From contig CAXXWQ010000002.1 in assembly GCA_963674945.2 (NCBI GenBank), forward strand, positions 224,001-288,000: a stretch of 64,000 nucleotides of DNA. The letters are read 5' to 3'. The DNA is from an uncultured Desulfosarcina sp. Its GTDB lineage: Bacteria > Desulfobacterota > Desulfobacteria > Desulfobacterales > Desulfosarcinaceae. The translations under genes and the position numbers were made by a program. Each line of letters starts with the position of its first letter. Position 1 is the stretch's first letter. Under the pieces are notes generated by a model. That model worked only from the letters and a program-made list of their open reading frames with translations. It searched no databases and was not told the origin of the DNA. Of the stretch, positions 1 through 10,718 are shown piece by piece.

Positions 1-1978
1 TAATATTTCCCGCCACGTCCGCTAACAGTCCAACCCGGTCATAGGCTCTTACCAGAATCTTGACCGGGTAGGTTTCTTTTATTTCCTGGTTCCACTCCAC
101 TTCGATCTGGCGTTCCGGATTCAATTTCATTGCATTGACACAAGAGGTTCGGTGGATGGTTACCCCATGCCCCCGGGTAATGTAGCCCGTGATGGCGTCG
201 CCGGGCACCGGCTGGCAACACTTGCCGAATCGAACCAGGATATCGTCGATCCCCTTTACGATAACGCCGCCTTTCTCCTTTTTCTTTTTTTCCTTGGCGA
301 TGATTTTATTGAACAGGGACTTGTCGTCTTCTTCCTCTTCCTTGGGAGTGATTTTTCGGATGATCTGCAGTGGCGTGATCTTTCCGTAGCCGACGCTTGC
401 GATGAGATCCTCGGTCTGCTTGAATCCGAAACTCTCCACCACTTTTTCCATCTCGTCGGATTTGATCAGCGTGTTGAAATTCAGCCGGAACTTGCGAAAC
501 GCCTTTTCGCACATCTCCCGTCCCAAGGAGATGCTTCTTTCCTTCTCCTGGGTCTTGATCCACTGTCTGATGCGGGATCGGGCTTTGACCGTCTTGACGA
601 AATTGAGCCAGTCCTTGGATGGCTGGTGGCCCTTGCTGGTGATGACTTCGACGATTTCACCCGTCTGAAGCTTGTATTTTAGAGGTACCATCTGGCCATT
701 CACCTTGGCCCCCACACACTGATTGCCCACCTCTGTATGGATCAGGTAGGCGAAGTCAACCGGTGTCGCACCCTTGGGCAAGGACTTGATTTGCCCCTGG
801 GGGGTGAAGACGTAAATTTCGTCAGGAAACAGATCGATGCGAACATTTTCCAAAAACTCGTTTGGATCACGAAAGGCGGCTTGATTTTCAACCAGATTTT
901 GCACCCACGCAAAGGTCTTGGATGCCTTCTCGTCGATGACACGACCCTCCTTGTAACTCCAGTGGGCGGCGATACCAGAGTTTGCCACCCGGTCCATCTC
1001 ATGGGTACGAATCTGGATTTCGATGCGTTCACCGAATGGGCCGATGACCGTGGTGTGAAGGCTCTGGTACATGTTCGGCTTGGGCATGCCGATATAGTCC
1101 TTGAATTTTTTGGCGATGGGTCGCCAAAGGCTGTGCATGAGTCCCAGCGCCTCGTAGCATTGGGGAATGGTGTCCAGGATGATCCGGAATGCGATAATGT
1201 CGTATATCTCTTCGAAGGGCAGGTTCTGGGTGATCATCTTCTGGTGGATGCTGTAAAAGTGTTTGTAGCGTCCCGTAACTTCCGCTTGCAGGTTGTTTTC
1301 GTCCAGTTTTTTCTGTATGTAGCGCTTGACCGTCTCGACGTAGTTTTCCCGGTCTTCCTTGTCCTTGTCCACCCGTTTGCTTATCTCGTTGTAGGTTTCC
1401 GCATCCAGGAATTTAAAAGAGCTGTTTTCCAGTTCGTTCTTGATCCAGTAGATCCCAAGCCGGGCGGCGATGGGGGCGTAGATATCCAGGGTTTCCTGCG
1501 CGATTTTCCGTTTCTTGGCCTCGCTTTTATGGAACTGAAGGGTTCTCATGTTGTGGAGACGATCGGCCAGCTTGATGAGGATCACCCGGATGTCGTCGGC
1601 CATTGCCAGGAGCATTTTCCGGATGCTCTCGGCTTCCCGTGCCTGTGCGCTGTCGAAGGGAAGCATGCTCAACTTGGTGACGCCATTGACGATATGGAGC
1701 ACATCCGGGCCGAACATGTCTTTTATTTCGTCTTCGGTGGCATGCGTGTCTTCGATGACGTCATGGAGCAGGCCGGCGGCGATGCTGACCGAATCCAGCT
1801 TCATGTCCGCCAGAATACCGGCCACCTCCAGCGGATGGGAAAGATACGGCTCGCCCGACAGTCGCACCTGTCCGTCGTGAACCCGGGCGGAGAAGATATA
1901 GGCACGATCGACGATATCCACATCCGCATCGGGATGGTTCTCTGTGACCTTGTCGAGAATGTCGGTGATTCGAATCAT
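1..1978 (-). CDS. relA: RelA/SpoT (p)ppGpp synthetase/hydrolase, runs off the window's left edge
   Basis: Not in the ORF track. Manual translation from ATG 1978 gives MIRITDILDKV..., GEPYLSHP, LLHDVIEDT (HD domain), KLADRLHNMRT, AAHWSYK, and an ACT-domain segment (DRVGLLADV) near base 1. Confidence 0.95.
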   Translation of the reverse strand, partial: MIRITDILDKVTENHPDADVDIVDRAYIFSARVHDGQVRLSGEPYLSHPLEVAGILADMKLDSVSIAAGLLHDVIEDTHATEDEIKDMFGPDVLHIVNGVTKLSMLPFDSAQAREAESIRKMLLAMADDIRVILIKLADRLHNMRTLQFHKSEAKKRKIAQETLDIYAPIAARLGIYWIKNELENSSFKFLDAETYNEISKRVDKDKEDRENYVETVKRYIQKKLDENNLQAEVTGRYKHFYSIHQKMITQNLPFEEIYDIIAFRIILDTIPQCYEALGLMHSLWRPIAKKFKDYIGMPKPNMYQSLHTTVIGPFGERIEIQIRTHEMDRVANSGIAAHWSYKEGRVIDEKASKTFAWVQNLVENQAAFRDPNEFLENVRIDLFPDEIYVFTPQGQIKSLPKGATPVDFAYLIHTEVGNQCVGAKVNGQMVPLKYKLQTGEIVEVITSKGHQPSKDWLNFVKTVKARSRIRQWIKTQEKERSISLGREMCEKAFRKFRLNFNTLIKSDEMEKVVESFGFKQTEDLIASVGYGKITPLQIIRKITPKEEEEDDKSLFNKIIAKEKKKKEKGGVIVKGIDDILVRFGKCCQPVPGDAITGYITRGHGVTIHRTSCVNAMKLNPERQIEVEWNQEIKETYPVKILVRAYDRVGLLADVAGNI

Positions 1979-3498
1979 CAATAGGCCTTGGCGAAGACCC
2001 CCCGCGTGTCGCTGGGTCGACCACAGCAGATACAGGTCCCCGGCTCATTTCCCGTATCAAGGGGAATGCATCGAATGGTGACGTTCAGATCCGTTTTGAT
2101 TTTGTTCTCGCATTCCGGGTCCCCACACCAATGGGACATGGCAAACCCACCGTGGATTTCCGGCTTTTCACTGTTCTCCGGCGTAAACCATTCGTAGAAT
2201 TCGTCCCGATCCGAAACATTTTTGGTGTTTTCTTCCGTAAAGCGGCATGCGCGTTCAAACAGGCTGTCTTGAATCTCGTCCAGCATGGCAGGCAACCGTG
2301 CGATAAAGGCTTCTCGCTTGATGGACTGCTTTTCCCGGTGGGAACGGTCACGTCGGGCGACGAACACGTTGTCCTCTGCCATGTCCCGTGGTCCGATCTC
2401 CACGCGCAGGGGAATGCCCTTCTTGATCCATTCCCATCCCCTTGCACCACCGATATCCCGATCGTCGATTTCCACTACCAGGTCCCGGTCGGCATAGGTC
2501 GTATCCCGCAATGCCTTTGCCAGGCCGTCGACATATTCCATCACTTTCTGGCGCTCCTCGGCCTTTCGGAAGATGGGCAATAGCACTACATGCGCCGGTG
2601 CGACCCGCGGCGGCATGATCACGCCGTCGTCATCGCCATGGGTCATGATCAGTCCGCCGATGAGACGGGTGGAGGTTCCCCAGGAGGTGGTCCAGGCAAA
2701 GGACTCGGTTTCGTTTTCGGTCTGGAAGCGAATGTCCGAGGCCCGGGAGAAATTCTGGCCCAGAAAATGAGATGTTCCTGCCTGAAGTGCCTTGCGATCC
2801 TGCATCATGGCTTCGATGCAAAGGGTGTCTACGGCGCCGGGAAATCGTTCCGCCGGTGTCTTTCGCCCCTGGATGACCGGTATGGCAAGATCCTGTTGGA
2901 CCATATTCGTATACACATCGAGCATCATCTTCGTGCGTTCGATGGCTTCGGTATCCGTGGCATGGGCGGTGTGACCCTCTTGCCATAAAAATTCGCTGGT
3001 GCGCAGGAACAGACGGGTTCGCATTTCCCAGCGCACCACGTTCGCCCACTGGTTGATCAAGAGCGGAAGGTCCCGGTAACTCGTTATCCATTTGGCGAAG
3101 GCGTCGCCGATGATGGTCTCCGATGTGGGTCGTACCACCAGGGGTTCGGTCAGTTGGCCGCCGGGAATCAGGCCCTCCTCCGGCCCTTTTTCCAGTCGGT
3201 GATGGGTGACCACCGCGCACTCCTTGGCAAATCCCTCCACATGTTCGGCTTCCTTTTCAAGAAAGTGAAGGGGAATGAAAAGGGGAAAGTATGCGTTCTT
3301 GACGCCGGTGGCCTTGAACCGCCGATCCATGCGCGCCACGATATTTTCCCACAGGGCGTATCCCCAGGGTTTGATGACCATGCAGCCGCGCACCGGCGAG
3401 CGCTCGGCCATGTCCGAGGCCTTGATGACCTGCTGGTACCATTCCGGATAGTCTTCGCTTCTTGTGGGTGAGATGGCATTCTGCTGTTTTTTACCCAT
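1978..3498 (-). CDS. proS: Proline--tRNA ligase, eukaryote/archaea-like type
   Basis: Motifs VRPTSET, QWANVVRWE, FLRTSEFLWQEGHT, QAGTSHFLGQNF; C-terminal Zn-binding region ending FAKAY. Confidence 0.96.
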   Translation of the reverse strand: MGKKQQNAISPTRSEDYPEWYQQVIKASDMAERSPVRGCMVIKPWGYALWENIVARMDRRFKATGVKNAYFPLFIPLHFLEKEAEHVEGFAKECAVVTHHRLEKGPEEGLIPGGQLTEPLVVRPTSETIIGDAFAKWITSYRDLPLLINQWANVVRWEMRTRLFLRTSEFLWQEGHTAHATDTEAIERTKMMLDVYTNMVQQDLAIPVIQGRKTPAERFPGAVDTLCIEAMMQDRKALQAGTSHFLGQNFSRASDIRFQTENETESFAWTTSWGTSTRLIGGLIMTHGDDDGVIMPPRVAPAHVVLLPIFRKAEERQKVMEYVDGLAKALRDTTYADRDLVVEIDDRDIGGARGWEWIKKGIPLRVEIGPRDMAEDNVFVARRDRSHREKQSIKREAFIARLPAMLDEIQDSLFERACRFTEENTKNVSDRDEFYEWFTPENSEKPEIHGGFAMSHWCGDPECENKIKTDLNVTIRCIPLDTGNEPGTCICCGRPSDTRGVFAKAY

Positions 3499-3508
3499 AG
3501 GTTGTATC

Positions 3509-4585
3509 CTATCTGTCTCCATTTTCAAACTCATCTACGGCTTCGATCACTACGTCCACGAGTCTCTCCTGGGGAAATTTTTTTATTACCTTGCCTTTTT
3601 TGAACAAAATTCCCACGCCGTTTCCGCCGGCGACACCGATATCCGCCTCTTTGGCCTCTCCGGGGCCATTGACCACGCATCCCATGATGGCCAGTTTGAC
3701 GGGGACGGTTCGGGTCAAAAGGGCCTTTTCCACCTGGTCCACGATATCGAACAGGGGGATGTCGCAGCGACCGCAGGTGGGACAGGAGATGATCTCAGGG
3801 CCCCTGTGGCGGATTCCAAGAGCCCTTAAGATTTCAAATCCCACACGAATCTCCTCCACCGGATCACGGGTGAGGGAGACCCGAAGCGTGTCACCGATCC
3901 CCTCCGACAAAAGGGTCCCGATCCCGAGGGCGGATTTGACGATGCCGGCATACAGCCCCCCGGCTTCGGTCACGCCGACGTGCAGGGGCAGGTCGGTCTG
4001 TGCAGAGAGCAGCCGATATGCCGCAAGGGTGCGCGGGACATCAGACGCCTTGATGGAGATCTTGATGTCATGAAAGTCCAGGTCCTGCAGCAATGCGGCA
4101 TGACGAAGGGCGCTCTCCACCATGCCGTCCGCGGTGACGCCCCCGTGTTTTTCGATGATATCCTTTTCCAGGGATCCCGCGTTTACACCGATTCGGATGG
4201 GAACCCGAAAGTCCTTGGCACAGGAGACCAGTGCCTGGATGTTTTTTTTGCTGCCGATGTTGCCCGGATTGAATCGAAGTCCGTCCGCCCCGGCCTTTGC
4301 CGATTGGATGGCCAGGCGGTAATCGAAATGGATGTCCGCAACCAAAGGAACGGTGATCTGTTTCTTGATTTGTCCGATGGCCGTCGCCGCTGCCGGAGCC
4401 GGAACGGCAACGCGGACAATTTCGCAGCCGGCCTGGGTCAAATGGTGGATCTGCCGTATCGTGGCGTCCACATCATCGGTTTTCGTGTTGGTCATGGACT
4501 GGACGCTTATGGGTGCGTCTCCCCCCACGGCAACGCCTCCCACCACGATCTGGCGGGTCTTTTTTCGTTTGATGGACAATGACAT
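3509..4585 (-). CDS. ispG: 4-hydroxy-3-methylbut-2-en-1-yl diphosphate synthase
   Basis: VQSMTNT, ADIHFD, RIGVNAGSL, SCPTCGR, MGCVVNGPGEA. Confidence 0.97.
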   Translation of the reverse strand: MSLSIKRKKTRQIVVGGVAVGGDAPISVQSMTNTKTDDVDATIRQIHHLTQAGCEIVRVAVPAPAAATAIGQIKKQITVPLVADIHFDYRLAIQSAKAGADGLRFNPGNIGSKKNIQALVSCAKDFRVPIRIGVNAGSLEKDIIEKHGGVTADGMVESALRHAALLQDLDFHDIKISIKASDVPRTLAAYRLLSAQTDLPLHVGVTEAGGLYAGIVKSALGIGTLLSEGIGDTLRVSLTRDPVEEIRVGFEILRALGIRHRGPEIISCPTCGRCDIPLFDIVDQVEKALLTRTVPVKLAIMGCVVNGPGEAKEADIGVAGGNGVGILFKKGKVIKKFPQERLVDVVIEAVDEFENGDR

Positions 4586-4611
4586 TATAGTAAACCGAGA
4601 TAAGCGGTTCG

Positions 4612-4762
4612 CCTTGAGCAATTAGCCGTTAGCTCTTTTCTGTTGCGCATTTGCCAGAAATTCAACGTTTACCTTTCGGGTTAAACGCAAAATTTCAGCA
4701 ATTCTTTGAAATTATGCTGCTAATCGCTCAATTTAGTAAAAACAATAGTTACGAGAAACTGA
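4612..4762. repeat. Dispersed MITE/REP-like element family A, copy 1
   Basis: Core aatttcagc..tttgaaattatgctgctaatcgctcaa is shared with 27239-27395 (inverted) and 33552-33650; ends in GTTACGAGAAACTGA. Confidence 0.65.
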
Positions 4763-4798
4763 AAATGTCAAAATATAAAATTTATCCGCAAAGTCGGG

Positions 4799-5449
4799 TT
4801 ATCCCAAGCCACAGAAAGGATTGGTGCGCTTTTCCACGCCGATGGTCGTCGTATTCATGTGGCCCGGATAGACTTTGACGTCATCGTCCAGGGCGAAGAG
4901 TTTGGTTCGGATGCTGTTGATCAAGGTGTCATGGTTTCCACCGGGAAAATCGGTTCTTCCGATGGAGCCGGCAAAGAGGGTGTCGCCGACGAAAACCGCC
5001 TTTTGCACATCTTTTTCCTGTTCATATTCGCAGTAGAGGCAGATGCCGCCGGGGCTGTGGCCGGGGGTATGGAATACGGTCATGGCATGGGTGCCGAATT
5101 CGATGGTGTCGCCGTCCTCGAGCAATCTGTCCGCCGAAGGGGAATTCTCCGCCGACAACCCCCAGGAACTGGCCATGTCCGACAATTGCGAGAGCATCGG
5201 CGCGTCTGCGCCATGGATCATGAGATCCGCTCCGGTTACCTCTTTCAGACGCTTGTTGGCACCCACATGGTCGAAATGTCCGTGGGTGTTGATGATGTGA
5301 ACGACGGTCAGCCGGTCCCCGGCCAGTGTGGTGAGGATCCTGTCGGCGTCATCGCCGGGATCGATAACGACCGCCTTTTGCGTCTTCTCGCATCCCACGA
5401 TGAAACAGTTTGCCTGAATGGGCCCCAGGGCCATTTTTCGAATAATCAC
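4799..5449 (-). CDS. MBL-fold metallo-hydrolase (glyoxalase II-like)
   Basis: THGHFDH, TPGHSPG, GDTLFAGSIGRTD, YPGH motifs. Confidence 0.92.
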   Translation of the reverse strand: MIIRKMALGPIQANCFIVGCEKTQKAVVIDPGDDADRILTTLAGDRLTVVHIINTHGHFDHVGANKRLKEVTGADLMIHGADAPMLSQLSDMASSWGLSAENSPSADRLLEDGDTIEFGTHAMTVFHTPGHSPGGICLYCEYEQEKDVQKAVFVGDTLFAGSIGRTDFPGGNHDTLINSIRTKLFALDDDVKVYPGHMNTTTIGVEKRTNPFCGLG

Positions 5450-5584
5450 GTTGCGCCTCCTAATATAAGCAGAAGATGAGGCCGACTACGCAAACGACGA
5501 ACCCTACATCTTCGATGGGCAATGTATGTGAAACGACGCTACCGTTTCGATGGTATCAACGGAATGATTTCATACCGTTGCCTC

Positions 5585-6025
5585 TCAGTCGGTGTTCTTG
5601 GGTACGGCTTCCACCGTTTGGGCCTTCACGGCGAGCCGAATGCCGTCCAGGATACCGTTGATGAATGCCCCGGACTCTTCGGTGCCGAATCGTTTCCCGA
5701 TGTCGATAGCTTCGTTGATGGAGACCTTGGCTGGAATATCCTCGCAGTAGAGCAGCTCGAAAACGGCAATGCGCAAAACGTTTCGATCCACACAGGACAT
5801 TCGAGACATCCGCCAGTTATCGGAGAATTGCTCGATTACACGATCGATCCGTTTCCGATTTTCTTGTACGCCGTCGATAATCCGATGAAAAAAGGGATGT
5901 GCGTTCCCGTCCTTGACGAAGCTTTTACAGTAATCGCCAACGGGGTCCGTTCCCGGATCACTATGCATGTCCGTATAAAAAAGTGCCTGAAGTGCCTGCT
6001 CCCTGGCGGTTCGACGGGTACCCAT
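5585..6025 (-). CDS. nusB: Transcription antitermination factor NusB
   Basis: MGTRRTAREQALQALF, DRNVLRIA, INEAIDIGK, FINGILD; lies directly after ribH. Confidence 0.95.
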   Translation of the reverse strand: MGTRRTAREQALQALFYTDMHSDPGTDPVGDYCKSFVKDGNAHPFFHRIIDGVQENRKRIDRVIEQFSDNWRMSRMSCVDRNVLRIAVFELLYCEDIPAKVSINEAIDIGKRFGTEESGAFINGILDGIRLAVKAQTVEAVPKNTD

Positions 6026-6027
6026 GA

Positions 6028-6501
6028 CTATTTTTTGCTCACGGTCTCCATGAGATTGGCCATTTCGATAGCGGCGATGGCGGCGTCCCACCCCTTGTTT
6101 CCCGCCTTGGAGCCGGCACGCTCGATGGCCTGTTCGATGGTATCCGTGGTGAGGATGCCGAAGATGACAGGGACCTGGGTCTCCATGGCTGCCTGGGCAA
6201 TCCCCTTGGACGCTTCGGCACATACATAGTCGTAGTGGGATGTTGCTCCGCGAATGACTGCACCCAGACAAATGATGGCGTCGTATTTTCCACTCTTGGC
6301 CATGCCCTGGGCCAGCATGGGAATTTCGAAGGCGCCCGGAACCTTGACGAGGTCGATTTCCTGATCTTTTGCACCGCTCCGCGTCAGCGCGTCGATGGCA
6401 CCGCCGACGAGCCGGTCGGTAATGAAGTCGTTGAATCGGCTGGCGACGATACCGAATCGTTTCCCTTTGGCGGCCAGTCCGGCTTCGATGATATTCGGCA
6501 T
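6028..6501 (-). CDS. ribH: 6,7-dimethyl-8-ribityllumazine synthase
   Basis: [31 protein letters not shown]. Confidence 0.97.
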   Translation of the reverse strand: MPNIIEAGLAAKGKRFGIVASRFNDFITDRLVGGAIDALTRSGAKDQEIDLVKVPGAFEIPMLAQGMAKSGKYDAIICLGAVIRGATSHYDYVCAEASKGIAQAAMETQVPVIFGILTTDTIEQAIERAGSKAGNKGWDAAIAAIEMANLMETVSKK

Positions 6502-6522
6502 TGAATAAATTTCCTTTATTTA

Positions 6523-7746
6523 TTAATGGGTTGCGGTCTCTTCAAAACTCAGGGTATGTCCCATTTTCAACTTCTTGCATTCTAGATAGCAGCGATTGTA
6601 TTCGTTGGGTGTCACCTCGATGGGGATCTGTTCCACCACGCTGAGCCCATAGCCTTGCAGCCCCACCATCTTCTTGGGATTGTTGGTTAACAGCCGCATC
6701 TTGCGAACCCCGATATTCACCAGCATCTGAGCACCGATGCCGTAGTCGCGCAAGTCATCCTTGAATCCCAGCTTCAGGTTGGCCTCCACCGTGTCCATTC
6801 CTTTGCATCGCTGCAACTCATATGCCTTGAGCTTGTTGATCAGTCCAATGCCCCGTCCTTCCTGGCGCAGGTACAGGATGACGCCTTTTCCCTCCTCGGC
6901 GATCATCTCCATGGCGGTGTGCAACTGGTCGCCACAATCGCAACGCATGGACCCGAAAATATCGCCTGTCATGCATTCGGAGTGCACGCGTACCATGACG
7001 GGCTCTTCCGGATCGATTTCTCCCTTGACCAAAGCGATGTGGGTCAGGTTGTCCACGTCATTTTCGAAGGCGACCATCTTGAAATCTCCGCCATACGCAG
7101 TCGGAATAACGGTCTCGGCGGCACGGTGAACGAAACTTTCCGTTCGAATCCGATACTCTACGAGATCGGCGATGGTGCAGATACCGATGCCGTGCTGCTG
7201 GCTGAACTCCTCCAAGGCGGGCATGCGGGCCATGTTGCCGTCATCGTCCATGATTTCGCAGATTACCCCAGACGGTTTGAGGCCGGCAAGACGGGCTAGA
7301 TCCACGCTTCCCTCGGTCTGGCCCACCCGCACCATGACGCCGCCGTTACGGGCGCGTAAGGGGAAAATATGACCGGGTCGGGTCAAGTCTTCCGGTTTGG
7401 CCCCGTCGGCGACTGCCGCGAGGACGGTGGTGGCCCGGTCGGCGGCCGAAATACCGGTGGTCACGCCGCATTTGGCTTCTATGGAGACGGTGAATCCGGT
7501 CTCGAAGGGACTGGTATTGTTTCGTACCATCAATGGAAGGTCCAATTGATCGCATTTTTCCGCGGTCAGTGAGAGGCAGATGAGGCCACGACCGTATTTG
7601 GCCATGAAATTGATGGCCTCGGGCGTCACCTTTTCCGCGGCCATGGTCAGGTCGCCTTCGTTTTCGCGATCTTCGTCGTCGACGAGAATTACCATTTTAC
7701 CATCGCGAATGTCTTCGATGGCTTGTTCGATGGATATTTGGGGCAT
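6523..7746 (-). CDS. ribBA: Bifunctional DHBP synthase / GTP cyclohydrolase II
   Basis: [47 protein letters not shown]. Confidence 0.97.
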   Translation of the reverse strand: MPQISIEQAIEDIRDGKMVILVDDEDRENEGDLTMAAEKVTPEAINFMAKYGRGLICLSLTAEKCDQLDLPLMVRNNTSPFETGFTVSIEAKCGVTTGISAADRATTVLAAVADGAKPEDLTRPGHIFPLRARNGGVMVRVGQTEGSVDLARLAGLKPSGVICEIMDDDGNMARMPALEEFSQQHGIGICTIADLVEYRIRTESFVHRAAETVIPTAYGGDFKMVAFENDVDNLTHIALVKGEIDPEEPVMVRVHSECMTGDIFGSMRCDCGDQLHTAMEMIAEEGKGVILYLRQEGRGIGLINKLKAYELQRCKGMDTVEANLKLGFKDDLRDYGIGAQMLVNIGVRKMRLLTNNPKKMVGLQGYGLSVVEQIPIEVTPNEYNRCYLECKKLKMGHTLSFEETATH

Positions 7747-7781
7747 GGTGGGTATCTAACTCCTTTAAAAAAAGCTCTTTA

Positions 7782-8441
7782 TCAGATAAATCCGTTTTTT
7801 GCCAGAAAAGCCCTGTCGATTCCGCTTTCCGGCTGCTTGGCCGAATCCGACCGGTCGCCGAGGACGAATCGTTCCACGTATTTCCCGATCATGTCGGTTT
7901 CGATGTTCACCCGGTCCCCCACCTTTTTCATTCCGATGGTGGTGATTTGGGACGTGTGGGGAATGATGCTTACATCGAAGGATCCACGGTCCCGCCGGTT
8001 GATGGTCAAACTGGTGCCGTCCACGGCCACGGAACCTTTTTCGATCATGTACCGGGAGAGTTCCTGGTCAACGGCATAGGTGATGACGATGGCGTTTCCT
8101 GCGGTTTTTCTCTCCCGAAGGGTGCCGACGCCGTCCACGTGGCCGGAGACGAGGTGGCCGTCCAGGCGGTCCGAGAGGCGGAGGGCTCGTTCCAGGTTAA
8201 CCCGTTCACCGGTCCTGACGCCTCCCAATATCGTCCGCGTAAGGGTTTCTGGCGATACGTCAACGTCGAATCGACGGCCCTCCAAAGAAACGGCAGTGAG
8301 ACATGCACCGTTTACGGCGATGCTGTCACCGATGCGGGTTCCCGAAAGGTCAAATTCCGCGGTGATGGTAAAACGGCTTCCCTGGCCTGACCGGTGGATG
8401 GCTGTAATGGCTCCCAACCCTTCGATGATTCCTGTAAACAT
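7782..8441 (-). CDS. ribE: Riboflavin synthase alpha chain
   Basis: N-terminal MFTGIIE; GDSIAVNGACLT, VNLERAL, GHLVSGHVDG. Confidence 0.96.
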   Translation of the reverse strand: MFTGIIEGLGAITAIHRSGQGSRFTITAEFDLSGTRIGDSIAVNGACLTAVSLEGRRFDVDVSPETLTRTILGGVRTGERVNLERALRLSDRLDGHLVSGHVDGVGTLRERKTAGNAIVITYAVDQELSRYMIEKGSVAVDGTSLTINRRDRGSFDVSIIPHTSQITTIGMKKVGDRVNIETDMIGKYVERFVLGDRSDSAKQPESGIDRAFLAKNGFI

Positions 8442-8496
8442 GATCCAAAATAATGTGTAAACGTTTATTGTCAATCAACGGGCCATGCCAAAAGAA

Positions 8497-9603
8497 TCAT
8501 GGCCCACGTGGTGTCAGGTACCCCTGGACCATGATGTCGTCGTCAAACCGTTCCACCGAGATATGGTGGATGGGAAGGCTTTCCTTCATGGTTTCCGGTC
8601 CCGTTCCCCGGCAGATGGGGACCCCGTCGTCGCCGCCCAATAGTTTCGGGGCGTAGAAGAAACAGACCTTATCCACCACTTTTGCAGCAAATGCCGCGCC
8701 GAGAACGGTAGCGCCCCCTTCCATGAGGAGGCTGGTGATACTCATGGCGCCCAGTTTTCTCATCAGGGCGGCAAGATCGATACGGCCATCCATCAATGGT
8801 GCCGTGATGATCTTTGCACCCGTCTTTTCCAAGTCCTGCTGCCTGTCCGACGGGGCGTCTGGTCCGCATACCACCCAGGTTGGCGCCCCGGACGCCTGGT
8901 GCAGCATCTTGGCCGTGGGCGGCATGCGAAGACGGGTATCCAGGATGATGCGCGTGGGGTCCACTCCCTCCTTGTCATCGAGGCGCGTGGTGAGGCTGGG
9001 GTCGTCTTGGATGACCGTCGATACTCCCACCATGATGCCGTCGACAGCGTGACGGATACCATGGACGAAGCGCCGGGCCGCCTGTCCGGTCACCCACCGG
9101 GAATCCCCGGTCCGTGTTGCGATTCTTCCGTCCAGGGTAGCGGCGCATTTTGCGATGACGAAGGGTTTTTTCGTGGTGACCCAGGTGATGAATGCCTCGT
9201 TCAGGTGCCGGGCCTGCTCTTCCATGATACCGGTGATCACGCGGATGCCTTGGCTTTCCAGATGGGCGTTTCCCCCGCCGGTGACGTCGGGATTGGGGTC
9301 TTCCATGGCCACCACCACCTGCCGGATGCCGGCCGTGATGATCTTGTGGGTGCAGGGCGGTGTCCTGCCGAAGTGATTGCACGGCTCCAGCGTGACGTAA
9401 AGGGTCGCCCCTTTGGCCCGGTCACCGGCGTCGTCGATGGCGTTTGCCTCGGCATGGGGTCCTCCCACCCGCTCGTGGTAGCCCTGGCCTACTATCTTTC
9501 CATCCTTGACGACGACGGCACCCACCATTGGGTTGGGGGATGTCCATCCCCGTGCCTGTTCGGCGAGCGCCAGGGCCTTTTCCATGTGATCGTGATGGTT
9601 CAT
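8497..9603 (-). CDS. ribD: Riboflavin biosynthesis deaminase/reductase RibD
   Basis: PNPMVGAV, HAE, TLEPCNH..TPPC, MEGG. Confidence 0.96.
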   Translation of the reverse strand: MNHHDHMEKALALAEQARGWTSPNPMVGAVVVKDGKIVGQGYHERVGGPHAEANAIDDAGDRAKGATLYVTLEPCNHFGRTPPCTHKIITAGIRQVVVAMEDPNPDVTGGGNAHLESQGIRVITGIMEEQARHLNEAFITWVTTKKPFVIAKCAATLDGRIATRTGDSRWVTGQAARRFVHGIRHAVDGIMVGVSTVIQDDPSLTTRLDDKEGVDPTRIILDTRLRMPPTAKMLHQASGAPTWVVCGPDAPSDRQQDLEKTGAKIITAPLMDGRIDLAALMRKLGAMSITSLLMEGGATVLGAAFAAKVVDKVCFFYAPKLLGGDDGVPICRGTGPETMKESLPIHHISVERFDDDIMVQGYLTPRGP

Positions 9604-10064
9604 TTTCGGTTTTGATCACTCAGAAGTTGCTTGAGTTCCGATACGAAATCATTGACATCCTTAAATTCCCGGTAAACCGAGGCGAATCGGACGTAGGCGA
9701 TGTCGTTGAGTTCGTGAAGTTTTACCATGACGCGTTCCCCTATGTCGTGGGAGGGAATCTCCTTTTCGCCTGTTTCCCGAAGATCCCGTTCCAGATTATC
9801 GATGAAGCTTTCGATAACATTCATGCTGATGTCCAGTTTCTGGCAGGCCTTTCGAATTCCCGATCCCACCTTCTCACGGCTGAAGACCTCCCGTCGACCG
9901 TCCTTCTTGATGATCATGATGGGGATCTCTTCGATATGCTCATAGGTGGTGAACCGCCGAGAGCAGTCGATGCACTCTCGCCTTCGACGGATGACGCTTC
10001 CGTCCTTGCTGACTCGTGAATCGATGACCTTGTTGTCGAACTCACCGCAAAATGGACATTTCAT
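9600..10064 (-). CDS. nrdR: Transcriptional repressor NrdR
   Basis: MKCPFC, IRRRREC..C..RFTTYE, ATP cone, AYVRFASVYR. Confidence 0.97.
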   Translation of the reverse strand: MKCPFCGEFDNKVIDSRVSKDGSVIRRRRECIDCSRRFTTYEHIEEIPIMIIKKDGRREVFSREKVGSGIRKACQKLDISMNVIESFIDNLERDLRETGEKEIPSHDIGERVMVKLHELNDIAYVRFASVYREFKDVNDFVSELKQLLSDQNRK

Positions 10065-10133
10065 GAATTCCCTCCCACATCGTTGGGTAAATGGGCCGCC
10101 TTCGGCAAATCGATAATGTTAAAAAGCCCCTTT

Positions 10134-10643
10134 CTACTCTCCCGTGGCCATTGGAATGATTACCGTCTCATTGGCCGGTACCAATTGACGAAAGGTAACA
10201 TTGGCCTGGTGGAACATACGCTTGGCGGCGCGAACGGAATCGGTTTCGGCGTATTTGTCCGATAGGTACACCACCTGGCCGATGCCCGCCTGAATGATGA
10301 CCTTGGCACACTCGTTACAGGGAAACAGCGCCGTGTAGATGGTACAGCCGGTCAGGTTGCCGGGGATGCTGTTCAAGACGGCATTGAGTTCTGCGTGGCA
10401 GACATACGGGTATTTGGTTTCGTAAAAATCTCCTTCCCGGCACCAGGGCAACGTGTCGTCGGAGCAGCCGGTGGGAAATCCGTTGTAACCTACGCCGACG
10501 ATCCGTTTCTGGTCGTTTACGATGCAGGCGCCTACCTGCGTATTGGGATCCTTGCTGCGCTGTGCGGACAAAAGGGCGACGGCCATGAAATAGTCATCCC
10601 AGGAGAGATAGCCTTTCCGTTTACCGGATGATGGTTGGGACAT
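10134..10643 (-). CDS. dCMP deaminase
   Basis: WDDYFM, RSKDP.TQVGAC, HAELNA, PCNEC. Confidence 0.93.
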   Translation of the reverse strand: MSQPSSGKRKGYLSWDDYFMAVALLSAQRSKDPNTQVGACIVNDQKRIVGVGYNGFPTGCSDDTLPWCREGDFYETKYPYVCHAELNAVLNSIPGNLTGCTIYTALFPCNECAKVIIQAGIGQVVYLSDKYAETDSVRAAKRMFHQANVTFRQLVPANETVIIPMATGE

Positions 10644-10718
10644 AAGGTTTGTTTTCCTTCACCGAACTTGGACGGCTTTCGAAACTCGGTTTTTCCATGT
10701 GTTTATCAATCTATAGCG

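Noticed and set aside
152..1984. Long plus-strand ORFs 152-682 and 737-1984
   Set aside because: Antisense shadows of relA/spoT.
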